A stretch of 64,000 nucleotides of DNA. It comes from Hyphochytrium catenoides (Eukaryota > Protista > Hyphochytriomycota). The stretch's first letter is position 1; the number at the start of each line of letters is the position of its first letter. Where the stretch lies: contig FLMG01003321.1 in the NCBI GenBank assembly GCA_900088475.1, forward strand, positions 32,160 to 96,159. Reading direction: 5' to 3'. The notes under the pieces were generated by a model, which saw only the letters and a list, made by a program, of their open reading frames with translations, did no database searches and was not told the origin of the DNA. Positions 1 to 11,792 of this stretch are shown piece by piece. The position numbers were made by a program, and so were the translations under genes.

Positions 1-541
1 GTTCCACTGTTCTCCAGTGGAAAGGGACCGTCCGCGTCTCATCTAAGAGGCTCAGAGATGCGCAGGAAAGGCCTGATAAGCTTCTCTTCACCTCCTCTAG
101 ACGAGCAGCAACGTCCTTAGACTTGGAAAGCGAGGTGGAGGGAGAGAAACGGACATATAGACTTGCTCCAGAAGGAACTGCTTCTAAAGGTTCGCCCCAG
201 AGAGGAAGGTTCCATCGCCCTTGGCTAAAGGAGAGACGGACTTCCTCTAAGTCGTATCTTTCTAGAAGCTGAGAAAGAACCTTTGGGACCGTGTCGTGCT
301 CTCCGGAGAAATAAAGAGAGGACGACGACGAGGAAGAAGAGGACGCCGGAGAAAGAGAGAACTGCTCGGGAGCGCTCAGCAAGGAGAAGTGAAAGTGTGT
401 GAGTGTGGTGGGATAAGGTAAGACGGAGCGCAGATAGAGAGACTCATTGAACTCTCCTCGGACAGAAAGACTGCTACCTGGGTGGCTTAGCCAGACAAGC
501 ACGGAGACACAGGACAGGAGTTTGCACACAGGCATGTGCAT
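1..541 (-). CDS. PIGT: GPI transamidase component PIG-T/Gpi16, 5' part (runs off the window edge)
   Basis: Not in the ORF track. Manual translation from ATG 541 gives MHMPVCKLLSCVSVLVWLSH (signal-like), GEFNESLYLRSVLPYPTTLTHFHF, PKVLSQLLERYDLEEVRLSFSQGRWNLPLWGEPLEAVPSGASLYVRF and LSGLSCASLSLLDETRTV. These match the PIG-T motifs ELHLSFTQGxW..WG..APSGAELW and LSGIFCASLNFID. Confidence 0.9.
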   Translation of the reverse strand, partial: MHMPVCKLLSCVSVLVWLSHPGSSLSVRGEFNESLYLRSVLPYPTTLTHFHFSLLSAPEQFSLSPASSSSSSSSSLYFSGEHDTVPKVLSQLLERYDLEEVRLSFSQGRWNLPLWGEPLEAVPSGASLYVRFSPSTSLSKSKDVAARLEEVKRSLSGLSCASLSLLDETRTVPFHWRTVE

Positions 542-1439
542 CTTTTATATCTACTTTTCCCGTCGTGGGCAGTTGCCACGACCCGGACTGAACGGGCAGT
601 CAGGAACAAGGAGACAAGGACCTGAAGAGCAAGGGACAGGGCGTGCAGAAGCAAAGGAGACGAGTGAAAGGGACAGAAGGCCCCTAGCGATCGCTATTCA
701 GGAGGCAACCCCTGCTACTGCCTTCATCTTCCTTCGCCTAATAGCGCCTATAAAGTGGCTACGCCTCCACCGCGCCGCTCTTCTCCTGGTTCTTGCACAG
801 CGGGTCCGATCGTCTTCCAGTCTACAGCTTCTCTTCGGGTGGGACATGAAGCTCAAAATGACCACGAACAACCATAAAAGGAAGATTTGCAGATTGCAGA
901 ACCACACTATGCGAGACAGAGTCAACAGTAGAGAGACAGAGTCAATATAGGTACAATTCTGTTTGTCTTTAAACCCAGTTACAGAAAAACAGAAGTACCG
1001 GAGAGGCACGATGCAGTAAGAGATGGACCCATCATGGTTTGACCTCTAAGAGAGGAGTGCTAGCACTTTACAAACTACTGCTAACAGCTCCACGATGCCA
1101 AGGATCCTTTTGAAGCGCTGCACGCTGCACAGCTAGAGCCATCCTTCGCGCGTTGTGTCTCTCCGCTAGTTAGGTTCCTCCTTTTCGCATGTGTCCAGCA
1201 CGGAGAGAGAGTCCGGAGCAGTAAGATGCTCTATGCAGTGATGCGTGCTAAAGTCATCGATTGCCAACCCAGGGAATTGCTCCAAGTGCACACCAATGTC
1301 GCCTTCCTTGATAGCATAGGGCAGACCAGTGCTCTGGGAGAGTATTGAGGCCATGAAGTGGAACAAGGACGGTCACACGCCTTTACTAGTTGGCGTAGTC
1401 TCACTTCCTCAGTAGTGAACCCTTTGAGATTGCTTAGGG

Positions 1440-1514
1440 TTGGAGAGCGGGGAACTGAAGCTAACAATCACCACCTTGGATGAGCGGCGAACTGAAGCTA
1501 ACAATCACCACCTT
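1440..1514. repeat. Two-copy tandem duplication, 36/37-nt unit
   Basis: ttgga-gagcggggaactgaagctaacaatcaccacc is followed directly by ttggatgagcggcgaactgaagctaacaatcaccacc (1 indel, 1 substitution). Confidence 0.9.
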
Positions 1515-1877
1515 CTCCGGCCAAGTTACAAGGACACCATTTAGATACTACTGTGCCTGGAATTACTGACAAGCGCTGTTTGGGTGCTGGGTAATGTGGC
1601 GAACGCGCGGCTACCGGCAGGCCACACAGAAGCAGAGCTGTAATGGCGTTGCTCCTGGTTGTGCTTACGAACAAACAGATGGGCAGAACCGCGGTGGAGC
1701 GATGACATTCAGGACATTAACTAGTAGGATCGTCTACAGTCTCTTAGATCTTGCGCTCGACGAGCTAACCGCCGCTTTTGCCTCCTCCCTTTGCAACTCC
1801 ATAATCCTTAGTCTTTTCTCGTTATTAGCGATTGCACTTGAAGTAAACGTGGATTCTGAAGAACGCGTAAGATTTTC

Positions 1878-3326
1878 TTACGCCCTCTTCATCTCTGCAA
1901 GTTGCTTCTTGATAGCCGCTTTTTGCTCTCTGTAACTCTCAAGCTGGACATATTTGAGGTTAGGAATTGTCACCGAGAGTCATTGATTAAGGTATGACGC
2001 AGCAGGGGACTGGGAGAGGAACGGAGATTGCGAGAGGGCGGAACAGAGGACAAAAGCAGAGAGACCATAGAAAAAAACAAGACTGTGTGCTCTCATACCG
2101 TCTCCTTATCCGCGGCAGAAGGCTTGCCTTTGACCTGGCGCAAAAGCTCGTCCTCTATCTTACGAATCTGCTCAAGATCCTCCCGCAGTCGCTTCTTCAG
2201 TTCCTCACCAGTGAGGGGCGTGACAGGGACCAGCTCCGCGATGGCTAGCGTCAGCCATCAGAAGTAGGAGGTGCGAAGAAGAATATTGAGTGACAGGACG
2301 CAACAGAAAGAGCTAGGGCCAAGAAGATATGACGAGGGGAAAAGTCCTTATGAGCCATAAATGACGAGCTGAACATAGATGACTTGACACAAAAGGGACA
2401 GATCCTTCCAAAGGAGACAGATACTTCCAGAGTAAGAAAGACACCCATTAGGGACTAGCAGCAAACCTGGCTTCACTTCATGGATAGGCTGGTGTTCCGG
2501 AGCATGAACGATCGCAGGAGCAGGGGCAGGAGTGGGTGGAACAGTTTCCTTGACAACAGCCCTGTGGAGACAAGCAAGGAGGTGGGAATGATTATTCAAA
2601 GAGAGGCATGACATATACCTACGAGCGTAGCAGAAGAAGCAGTATAGAGATTTAAGATCCTAGGCACTTGAAGGGGACAACTTCAGAATCTATACAGAAC
2701 TAAGCTGCCGTACGTGGGCTCGTCAAGCTTGAGGAGCTTTGAGTCTCCAAACTTCTTGCTCTGTTCTGCGCGCCATTGCTCATACTCGTCCAGGCTCATA
2801 TTGTGCTCAACCTTCTCAGTCTCTTGCAGGTACTGCGTGTAATAATAGTACCCGCCACTGCATGGGTGGAGAACAGAAAAAAAGGGATAATGAGACGTTG
2901 CATGAAGCGCCACGGATTGCCTGATAAATCTGTGAGGCGACACGGCAAAGTGGACTTGCTTTGGATCAGAGTGAAAGCAAACACTCACCCAATCGCAGCA
3001 GCGGTGAGAATCAGGGGAAGAGAACTTGATCCTCCCTTGTTGTTCGGGGGTGGAAGAGGTGGAGGAGGAGTCTGGGTGGTGCTAAGCCTCCTGGTGGTGT
3101 GCTGCGACAAGAACAGATTAGAGAACAGACATGAACTTTCAGGGACTATCAGGGACTAATTGGAGGCAAAGAGCTACGTCGTTCTCACGAGAGATTACGA
3201 TGTCCGGTCTCCTCTTGTTTTCTTATCTCCTGCTTTTTCTTCTCTGTTGCGCCCCTAACTTACCAGGGTTGCACGGCGGCTGAGACGACCCAGATTGCAG
3301 ATCGCGCCTTTCGAAATTGAAGTCAT
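1878..3326 (-). CDS. Hypothetical ~205-aa single-pass protein, probably mitochondrial (6 exons)
   Basis: GT-AG splicing with consistent phases gives MTSISKGAICNLGRLSRRATL|HTTRRLSTTQTPPPPLPPPNNKGGSSSLPLILTAAAIG|GYYYYTQYLQE..EPT|AVVKETVPP..KP|AIAELVPVTPLTGEELKKRLREDLEQIRKIEDELLRQVK..KET|LESYREQKAAIKKQLAEMKRA*. The layout is an Arg/Ser-rich presequence, a short TM segment and a coiled coil. The 3' end is ambiguous. Confidence 0.7.
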
Positions 3327-3504
3327 GATGAAGGACCGTGTTTGAGTTCGTTACGAAGAAGCACTTCTTCTATTGCGTTTGGATTAGTTCTAGCTCGTAT
3401 CCGAATGCTGCGGATGCGGATTTAGAGCTTGCTTCCAGAGACCACCAGCACAGAGATTATTGCGAATTCGGCCTTCGTGATACAAAAGATTTCTGCGAAA
3501 AATT

Positions 3505-3835
3505 TGCCCTTCTCTCTCACACTCTCTATTTCAATCTCTCTCTCTCTCTCTTTATCTCACTCTCTCTCTGTTCTACTTTCCTAACACTCTCTTTCTCTGT
3601 CTCGCTCATTTGTCTCTCTCCCGCTCTGTCTCCCTTCACTCATTGCCTTCTTATCTCTGTCACTCATCCGCCTCTTCTTCTTCCCTTCCTTTTGGCCCTT
3701 TCTCTGTCTTCCGCCATCGCCCACTGCCATTCCGCCATCTCTCCCAGGCTCTTCCTCTCAGTGAATCATATATTGACGGTCAGTTCTCCACATCTCTTAC
3801 ATCTATTTGTCCGCTCTATCTCCTCTATTCAACTT
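3505..3835. repeat. Pyrimidine-rich (CT) low-complexity tract between divergent genes
   Basis: Runs of ctctct/tctttc; the strand is strongly purine-poor. Confidence 0.7.
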
Positions 3836-4129
3836 CAACCTTGTGCAATGACATAATCTATTGATGGAATTCACAATACCCACAGGCCTTTGTTAGCCGC
3901 TAACCGCCTTCTCCCAAAGGTTGAAACGGCGCAGTGGACATTGAGCTTGCGGCGAGAAGAAATGATCAAAGCGCACAGAGTTCGAAGATCCGTACGTCGT
4001 AGGATGAGGCGCGCTATGCTAGGAGAACATCTGCAGCGTCATTGCTTCACGAAGAAGGTCTCGAACGCTATTAAGTGGTAGAGAGAGGCCAAGTGGCACT
4101 GTGCTCTGCATCCAAAAGTTATTGGAAAG

Positions 4130-6196
4130 ATGATGTTCACACCGCAACAGCTACGGGGAGCAGGGAGGTATAATGCAAAGACTCGAGTAGGCAACTGGAA
4201 TGAGGATCAGCGGTTGCAGGAAACCCGCGTGGCAGATTATAAGATGAAACAGGAGAGAGGAATGCTTGCCACTCAGAAGATGAACAGAAAGCTGGGCACT
4301 CTCAATCAAAAGGTATGAGGACGAAGAATACTGCTAAAATCACTAGAGAATTACCGATAAGAAATGCCAACCAACTGCAGGTGCCACGAACATACTCTCT
4401 CGATGGAAACCTTCACTTCGGAGCCTGCGTCTCTTTTCTCAGTCTCGAAGCTGAGGCCGTCGTTTCCGTCGATATTTTCGAAGAAACTGCTTTGGGCACC
4501 AAAGAATACATCGTCACGGCTGCTAAGGAGGGCAAGGAGCCTATGGCTCGGAATACTTTTCGTATCGTCCACCCCGGAAACACTGACAGAAATGAAAGCT
4601 CAAAAAGGGAGCCATTAAGATTCGGAGATCCTTTCTATCTCGTTTGCAATGACTCTCTCCGTGTGGCAGAAGGGTCAGCCTTCCTTACTCCACCCATGTA
4701 TCTGAAGTCCATCCTAAAGAGTGAGAAGCGGTCCAGCCCTGTATCGGATCAGCAGCAGGTTTTTCTCTCCCTTGGCGCCGACTCCAATGCTCTCTGGCGT
4801 ATTTTGAAGACTGCAGATGGCGCTAATGGTGGGTCAGAGCGCGTTTTGGCCGAGGGCCTTCCTGTTGCAGCCAATGAGGCCGTGATTATTCAGCATAAAA
4901 TGACAGGGAAAGCTCTCTTCTGTTCTAAGGAGCACCACCAATCAACGAACTGTGGCAATGAGTTTGAGATCTCGTGTCATAACTCTCACGCGGCAGGGCG
5001 CTCTCATAATCTCAGAAAGGAGTTCCACGGCCTAACGACCTCGGACTCGGGAGCTCGCGCAGAGCTGTTGTTTAACCACTTTAAGGTTCTGACAGCGGCG
5101 ACGCCAGCCCAGGCGATTGATACCCAGCAGCTGCCGCCGGAGCCCACAGTAAGCGGAATGTGCAGGAAAATATGCGAGCAAATAACTGAGAATGCCATCC
5201 ATGGATTGCGGACATTTGTTAACCTGAATCGGCAGTATGTAGAGAGCGGCAGAGGCTATGTGGACAGGGAGGACATGAAGTTTGCTCTGATGGACTTGGG
5301 AGTCCGGCTTACTGTTGAACAAATTGATATTCTCCTTGACCACTTTGATAAGGTATGTCAAGCTGATTAGCTGTTTCTCATATGTTATAAGGCTGTCGTC
5401 TGTCACGTACGTGGTCTTGTTGGCTATTCAATGCCGTTCTCTCACTCTCTCCCTGTTTCTATGTGTCGTCTTGTCGTGTAGCCATTGCCTCTTATCTCAT
5501 CTCGAGGCTAGTTGCTTCTTATAAGTTATTGTGGAGCAGTAGAAAGTCGTATGTTGCTTGTTCAACTATGTTTTTGACCATAAGCCCGCCTGCCTGGGTT
5601 CGCTTCGCATTGGTTCATCGATTCTTATGGCTTTACCTGTGACCCCGCTGAGCAGAGAAAAGATGGCATGCTAGCTTTTGAAGAAATAAGGATTGCGCTT
5701 CGGGGTGGTCAAATCGCTGAAGCTCGACGAGAAGTTATTAATACTGTCTATGACGATATTGAAAGACAAGCAGAGGGTCAAAAGGTCAGTTCATACCATC
5801 CTTTTGCCGGTCGAGCGTAGTTCAACAGCAGATCTCGCCATGACACTGAAGTGGCCACGTAGGTGACTATGGCCGTACTCCTTGACCTTTACGATGCCAA
5901 GGGATACGTTCCCGTTCATGGCGGGAAGTACTCTGAGGATGCTATCAGAGAAGACTTCGTTCAAGCTTGGGGACCACATGTACGTTGCTCCTTCCTCAAC
6001 GTTTCTCCTTCAATGCCATTCATGCAAGTACAAGGACTGATCACACCGTCTGCCCTGATTCCAGACCCTCAGCGACAGAGTTACAAGGCAAATGTTTGCA
6101 GATTTCTATCGAGACGTGTCCCCTATTATCGCAGAAGATCTCACTTTTGATAGGATGCTCACTTCCTGCTGGCTTTCTCGCATCTCCAAGAAGTAG
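4130..6196 (+). CDS. CFAP161-like ciliary protein fused to a calcyphosin-like EF-hand C-terminus (5 exons)
   Basis: N-terminal RYNAKTRVGNWNED, LHFG, ARNTFRI, LRFGDPFYL, EGLPVAANEAVIIQHKMTGKAL and EFEISCH are CFAP161/C15orf26 motifs. Downstream exons give SGRGYVDREDMKFALMDLG..LLDHFDK|RKDGMLAFEEI..|VTMAVLLDLYDAKGYVPVHGGKYSEDAIREDF..|..VTRQMFADFYRDVSPIIAEDLTFDRMLTSCW, the calcyphosin C-terminal pattern. Introns ~4313-4380, 5353-5655, 5785-5862, 5980-6064. Confidence 0.8.
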
Positions 6197-6308
6197 CGGG
6201 ACAGGCACCTTCTTATTCTGAGCCTGAAGTGTGAGACGAAGAGGCAGGAGAACCGACACTGTTATCATTTTAAACGGCGAGAATCACATCTGTAACACTA
6301 GCTTGTCA

Positions 6309-6812
6309 CTAGCTTTGCGACGTCTCTTTTTGCTTTAGTTCCCACTCCATTCCACCTCGACACGACGGTGAAGGGTTGATTTTGCCTCCAGAGGTCTCCC
6401 ACTGCGCTGGGGTTTTACTCTGAATAGATAGTGCATGAACACCGTTCTTCAGCTCTTCTCCTAGCAGCTCATTGACCATGCGATGCCTCTGGATGAGAGG
6501 CACGCCTTCAAATGAATCTGAAACCACGACGACCTACGGTTGGAGAGCCACTCAGCATAGGTCAAAGGAACCTCATTGGGTCGCTAATGGAAATGTCTTA
6601 TATTAGCTTGGCTTACCTTGAAGTGGGTCTCGGATCCTGCTGGTACATTATGCATATAGCTCTCATTGATAACTTCAAGGTACTGAGGCGAAAAGGCGCT
6701 CAGTAGCTTTGACACAATCTTCTCTTGAAAGGGCCCTTTCCCTGATGTCTACACGGCCACGTTACACTTCAACTTTCTAAGCACTAAGGTAAGTTTGTGG
6801 GCGTACCGCCAT
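6309..6812 (-). CDS. BOLA1: BolA-family protein (3 exons; start may extend further upstream)
   Basis: MA|[44 protein letters not shown]|[52 protein letters not shown] shows the canonical BolA motifs. Confidence 0.93.
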
Positions 6813-7700
6813 CCTTCTAGCTCCCCAGGGTGTAGGCGACCTACGCAGAAGGAGTCTTTGCAAAGGGCCTATTCCTGGCACGGGGGAAAGAACAAGGCAA
6901 CTTTAGTCGAAGCAGTGCTTCTCCCATTCGGTAAAACGACAACCTGCAAGCATGAATGTAGCAGCTGTCCTGTCTAAACCTTGAAAGGATGGCTTGAGGT
7001 CGCGAGAGCCAGATTGACCCACAGGACTCCTGGTGAACCGCTGATTGGCACTGAAAGGAGACGATGCAACACTAATGAAGGTCCAAACAACGCAGCGGCA
7101 AAGCAGAAGACAGACAAGGTAGAGGTGTGGAAGGAGAGATCAAGATGTGTCTCTGACTTCATCCGTTGTCTCACCTCGAGCTATGAGTCTGGACCAGAGT
7201 TCTGATGATGCTCTTCTGCTCTCTGAAGGTACGAATGTGCCAACGTGCCTGCGCAGACTCTGTTGGTAAGCGATAATCACAAAGGCTGATAACTAGCGTA
7301 GGGCTAGAAGAGTGGTAACAGGATTAAAGATCATAAGATCTAGTTATCCGTAAGCTTAAGTTTCTGTTTGATGCTTTCTGTCTTTGTTACTTTTGTGAGA
7401 TCTATTGAAGCGATCCCCCAAATCCCCCAGACACTTCAAGGAAGAAGTAGTAGAGCTTCGCTTTGATCCCCGAGACACCTTAGACCTTAGTAAAGCTTTT
7501 CAGAAGTTAGATCACCTTGATGTGAGGAAGACGGCGCTTGTCTACGAGCTCATCTTGCGCTCTTACCACCCTTCCCACAGTCTCCGTACGTGCGAAAACT
7601 GCGTGACAGGCAATAGACCATATCATTCTCACTGTGACCCAGCGTGATAGTTCGCAGGGCATATCGCCTTAAGAACAAGTCTCCCTAGGGAACCTCCATC

Positions 7701-9330
7701 ATGGCTATGGCTCCTGTCATCGAGAATGACTCTGGTGGTGCAAGAGTAGTCAACCTTCATCCAGTAAGTGGGAACTGGACAAGGGCCTTCTCATTGCGAT
7801 ATTCTGACGACTAACGGAATCCTGCCTGCACGATGTTTAGCTCGTCATCATTAATATCTCGGAACACTTTACTCGCGCTTGCCTAGCGGGAGATCAGGGT
7901 AGTGTCAACCGACAAAAGATATACGGTCTTCTTTTTGGAGTTCAGAACGGCCTCGTAGTTGATATTTATAACTCCTTTGAGGTTCCGGCATCTCGGGGAG
8001 ATAGTGGTCGAAGTGGAACAGAGTTCAATAAGGAGTACGTTGAGTCCATCAAGGAGCAATGTACGTAGCTCTAGGCCAGATTAAGCCCTTCGAAGTTCTC
8101 AGTCCCTGCCTCCTCTCTAATGTGCCCTGCAGTCACTGCCGTCTTTCCAAAGTATGAGCTCTTAGGATGGTATAGCACAGGGCCCGAAGTAGGACCAGGC
8201 GATCTGACAACGCACAGAGCGGTAGGTCTAAGAGATAAAAAGCAGCTGACTCTCTCTCACTCTCTGTCGGGCCCTCTAGATGCTTCAGTTCAATGAGAGT
8301 CCACTCTACCTTCTTATGGACCCGTCGGCAGATGCGGCCTCGAAAGACCTTCCCGTCACTATGTATGAGTCAGAAATTCATGTACAGAACGATATACCGA
8401 CGATGATTCTCGTTCGTACTGCATACAAAATTGAGACACTTGAGACCGAAAGGATTGGCATTGATCACATAGCCAAAGTGTCACCTACGGATGGATCATC
8501 GTCGTGTAAGTACATGGTCTTTGCCGATTGCGCTTCTTTGCCCTAGGCTCAGCACGTACTAATACTCGTGTGCTGCTGTTTGGGCGAATGTTTGCTATAA
8601 GCTTGGCTTAAATGTTTTCTCGTCCAAGCTTGTGTTTGACTGTACGCGAAACATCTCTCCTTTCTCCATATCCTCTAGTGGGTTTGCACTTAGATGCAGT
8701 CAAGACGGCCGTCACCAAGGTCGACGACCGCATCCAAGTCCTCCTGCAATATTTGGAACAGACCAAATCAGGTAAACTGCCTCTAGTGGGCTATGACGTA
8801 GAGAAATGCGGGAGGCAAGGTTAATTCGATGGAAGATGGAAGAGACATACTGCTAAGACCCGGGCAGGGGAGGCTACAGAGAATTTCAAAAGCAGCGCAA
8901 AGGGAGGATGACACACTCTTTTTCTCCTCTCAGGAGACGTTGCTCCAGACCACCGCCTGCTTCGACAGCTATCAAGAGTGTGCAACCAACTACCTGTCGT
9001 AGATGCTCCATCCTTTAGAACAGAGTTTCTCAAGGTAGCTTCTAATGTCGTAGTCCGGCCCCTCTTCATCACGATTGTTTCGCCTCCCTTCGATTCGTCC
9101 AATTTACATGGGAAGCTCCATGACATATTCCAACTACTCTTGTTCGATGTTTGGCCAGCTCCATCCTTTTATTGTTCCTCAAAGAGATATGTCTTTTCTC
9201 CTCACAGGAATACAACGATACTCTGCTTTTGACCTACCTGGCCAGCATGACAAAAGGAACTGCCTCTGTCAACGATCTAGTCGACAAATTCCTTTTGATG
9301 CACGACCCTAGGAAAAAGGGTTCCTTATAG
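7701..9330 (+). CDS. CSN6: COP9 signalosome subunit 6 (MPN- domain), 7 exons
   Basis: VNLHP|LVIINISEHFTR..GLLFGVQNGLVVDIYNSFE..VFPKYELLGWYSTG..FNESPLYLLMDP..DLPVTMYESE..YKIETLETERIGIDHIAK..DHRLLRQLSRVCNQLP..EYNDTLLLTYLASMTKG; TAG at 9328-9330. Confidence 0.95.
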
Positions 9331-9723
9331 CCTTTTGGCGAGGCGGCTATACTAGTCTTCTCACTATCAATCAGACTAATCACACTGCCAAAAGAAAGGA
9401 AGAACGTAGACCGAGACAACAGCAGGATTGGACAAGCCTCTAATTCTCATATGTCGCGCTCTACTATGAAGGTTCCAGTGTCATCCTCCCTCAGAAGTTA
9501 GTGTACGTTAGCGAGGGTACCCACTCTTCGGTCATATTTGTCAATTTTATTTTGCTACTTCCCCATGTGGGGACGGCAATCAGGCATTGACTTCTCCTTT
9601 CTACAGTTACAATGCACGAAGCCTAAAAAAAATAATAAGAGTTGGAGTTGCACCTGCAGAGGCAGAGAATAATGAGATAACGCGAATAAGAAAAGAATAA
9701 GAGAGAAAAGGAGAATACTAGCA

Positions 9724-11045
9724 CTAGAAAGGACCATTGAGTTCTACCAAGTCCTGAGAGTTAAGAAAGGAGTCGGAGTCAAAAGGCTCTTCCCAGAAGT
9801 CATGGCCTTGTTTTTCTCCTTCCTCTGATGTCGATGAAGCCGTCATCTCTTTCAAATCTTCCTCTGGTTTGGAGAAGTCCATCACCGGATCCTGGGGCTC
9901 TTCTACGACAAAACTATTGTTCAACCAGCCGCAATCCTCGTCTTCTTCTAGTAGAGAGCCAACTTCCAGAGACGAGGATGAAGACGGATTGGGGAACTTG
10001 AAGGGGGAATAAGCGATCTCGCCCAGAGAGAGGGGCAATCTTTGTGTGGCCTCAATGTCGCTAACTGAGGTGGGGCTGCCCTCTACCAGGTACAGACCCG
10101 GGCTGTGCATCTGGGTCTGGATGGCAGGAGATGAGTATTTGAGCTTCTTTGGCTCAGCTGTGCTCTCTTCTTGGGACAGACAAGCGGTCAACGAAGAACG
10201 CTTCTTTTCGTTGTTAACGGCGTACTTGCTGCTGGTCTCTAACATTGCCGGCGCTCGCTCTCCAGCTACTGTTGATGGGTTGACTGAAGCTGTCTGAACA
10301 ATGGTTATATTGGAAAGCTTCCCCTTCTGGATAACCTTCCTTGTTTCCTTCGCCTTCAGTCTGTAAGACTAGTGTGAAAAGAAACCAATCGTCAATTGAT
10401 ATGGACGTCCCAAAAATAGACTGAAATCGAGAACTGAGGAAGCGTTCGCATAGGCAGCAGCTAAGACGGAAAGCAGTTGAGAACGCTTTGGCTCATAGCC
10501 GCTGAAAAAGAGGAAGAAGTTCGTGCTGCCACAACTAGTTCTTACTCTTGACGGAGACTGGGCAATGCTAGACGTGATGAGCTTAGGTTCATTGTTCTCA
10601 CTGCTCGGTAACAAAGCCTGACCATTCTATTGGAGAAAGTGAGGTTTGAGGAGTTGGAATAGAGAAAGACCGAAAGATTGGTCAGGCGCTAGCATTTCTC
10701 CTTCCCGCAAAGCATCATACCTCATTAGCCTTTACAAGCTTCTGAAAATACTTTTGCGCATGAGTACGCACTTGGACAACGGTCCGAGTAGCGATCTACC
10801 AGATCACGGAGCGGGAAGCGAGAGCCAGGAGAATGAAGAATCAACAAGGCGGGAGGAATGAGTGACAAGTGTCTTGGGTCGAGAAGAGTTCAGCATTGTC
10901 TCACCATGGCAGCTATCTTCTTCCAAGCCTTTCCGTGCAACTCGACGCCTTTAAGGAACATGTTGTGTTCCTCAGCCGTCCACCGTCCAACATTCTCTGC
11001 GCCACGAGCATTTGCCTGTCCATTGCTATGCACAGTGGTCATCAT
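9724..11045 (-). CDS. Single-repeat MYB transcription factor, SHAQKYF class (CCA1/REVEILLE-like), acidic C-terminus
   Basis: ENVGRWTAEEHNMFLKGVELHGKAWKKIAAM|IATRTVVQVRTHAQKYFQKL is spliced to the 9724-10345 exon, which ends in an acidic activation-like tail (HDFWEEPFDSDSFL). Confidence 0.9.
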
Positions 11046-11792
11046 GATACTATCCCTAGCTCTTATTAAGCGCAGCCGTCTGCAGAATATACTGTGCGTC
11101 AGACCACGCTTCTTCCCCAGATAAACAAGAGACATAATCACCTTTAGCATTCACACATAGGAAATACCTTCCCAGAGACCCTTTACTTTTGCAAGGCCCT
11201 AGCGAGGATCACGCCTATCCGGACAGCCATACGTTAGGTACCCTGCTGTCTCCATATACACTTGATCCCAGTACCTGCTGAGTATGAAGGTGTCCTCCTT
11301 TGAAGGCTAACTCTCGTCGAGTTCGCAAGTCTAGTTCATGGCCCCAGCTACCATCACAGTTGCGGATGACTGAAGTGAGATACCTGATGGAAGCGCCCAA
11401 TAAAAGCCCTCACTGTAGTGTCTAGAACAGCCACGGATCAGATGTAAACCGAGGATTCGGACCGCAGTTAGTCTCCGCACTTTCACCATTCGTTGCAGTA
11501 CATGCTAAGTCTTACCAAGGAGGGGAAGCTCTGCCTAATATCAGTTGCAATTGCTGCGATTGGGCTGTCTAGCAGATCACTATATATGAGAGAACTTGGC
11601 CAAAACGGTGCCAGAGAACGCCTGGAGAAGTCTGCCTTTCCTCTTGAAGCTTCGCTTTGTCTTCAGCCCGCAGCGTGGACGGCGGAAGCGGTGCCGCGGT
11701 CAGCCGAGGCGTGCTAATCAGCAGTAATCATATCGTAGACTATAGTAGTATGACCTTCAAGATGGCCACTCCAGGCGTTATGCCAAACTACT

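Noticed and set aside
1440-1514. CRISPR-like repeat
   Set aside because: Only two adjacent copies with no spacer, no cas genes, and a eukaryotic context.
1878-3326. Mic60/mitofilin call
   Set aside because: The N-terminal topology is similar, but the protein is ~205 aa and no C-terminal mitofilin domain is visible.
3338-3864. Hydrophobic 172-aa and 84-aa ORFs, and many similar 60-150-aa ORFs in the track
   Set aside because: These are translations of CT-rich tracts, introns or antisense shadows of real exons, with no family motifs.
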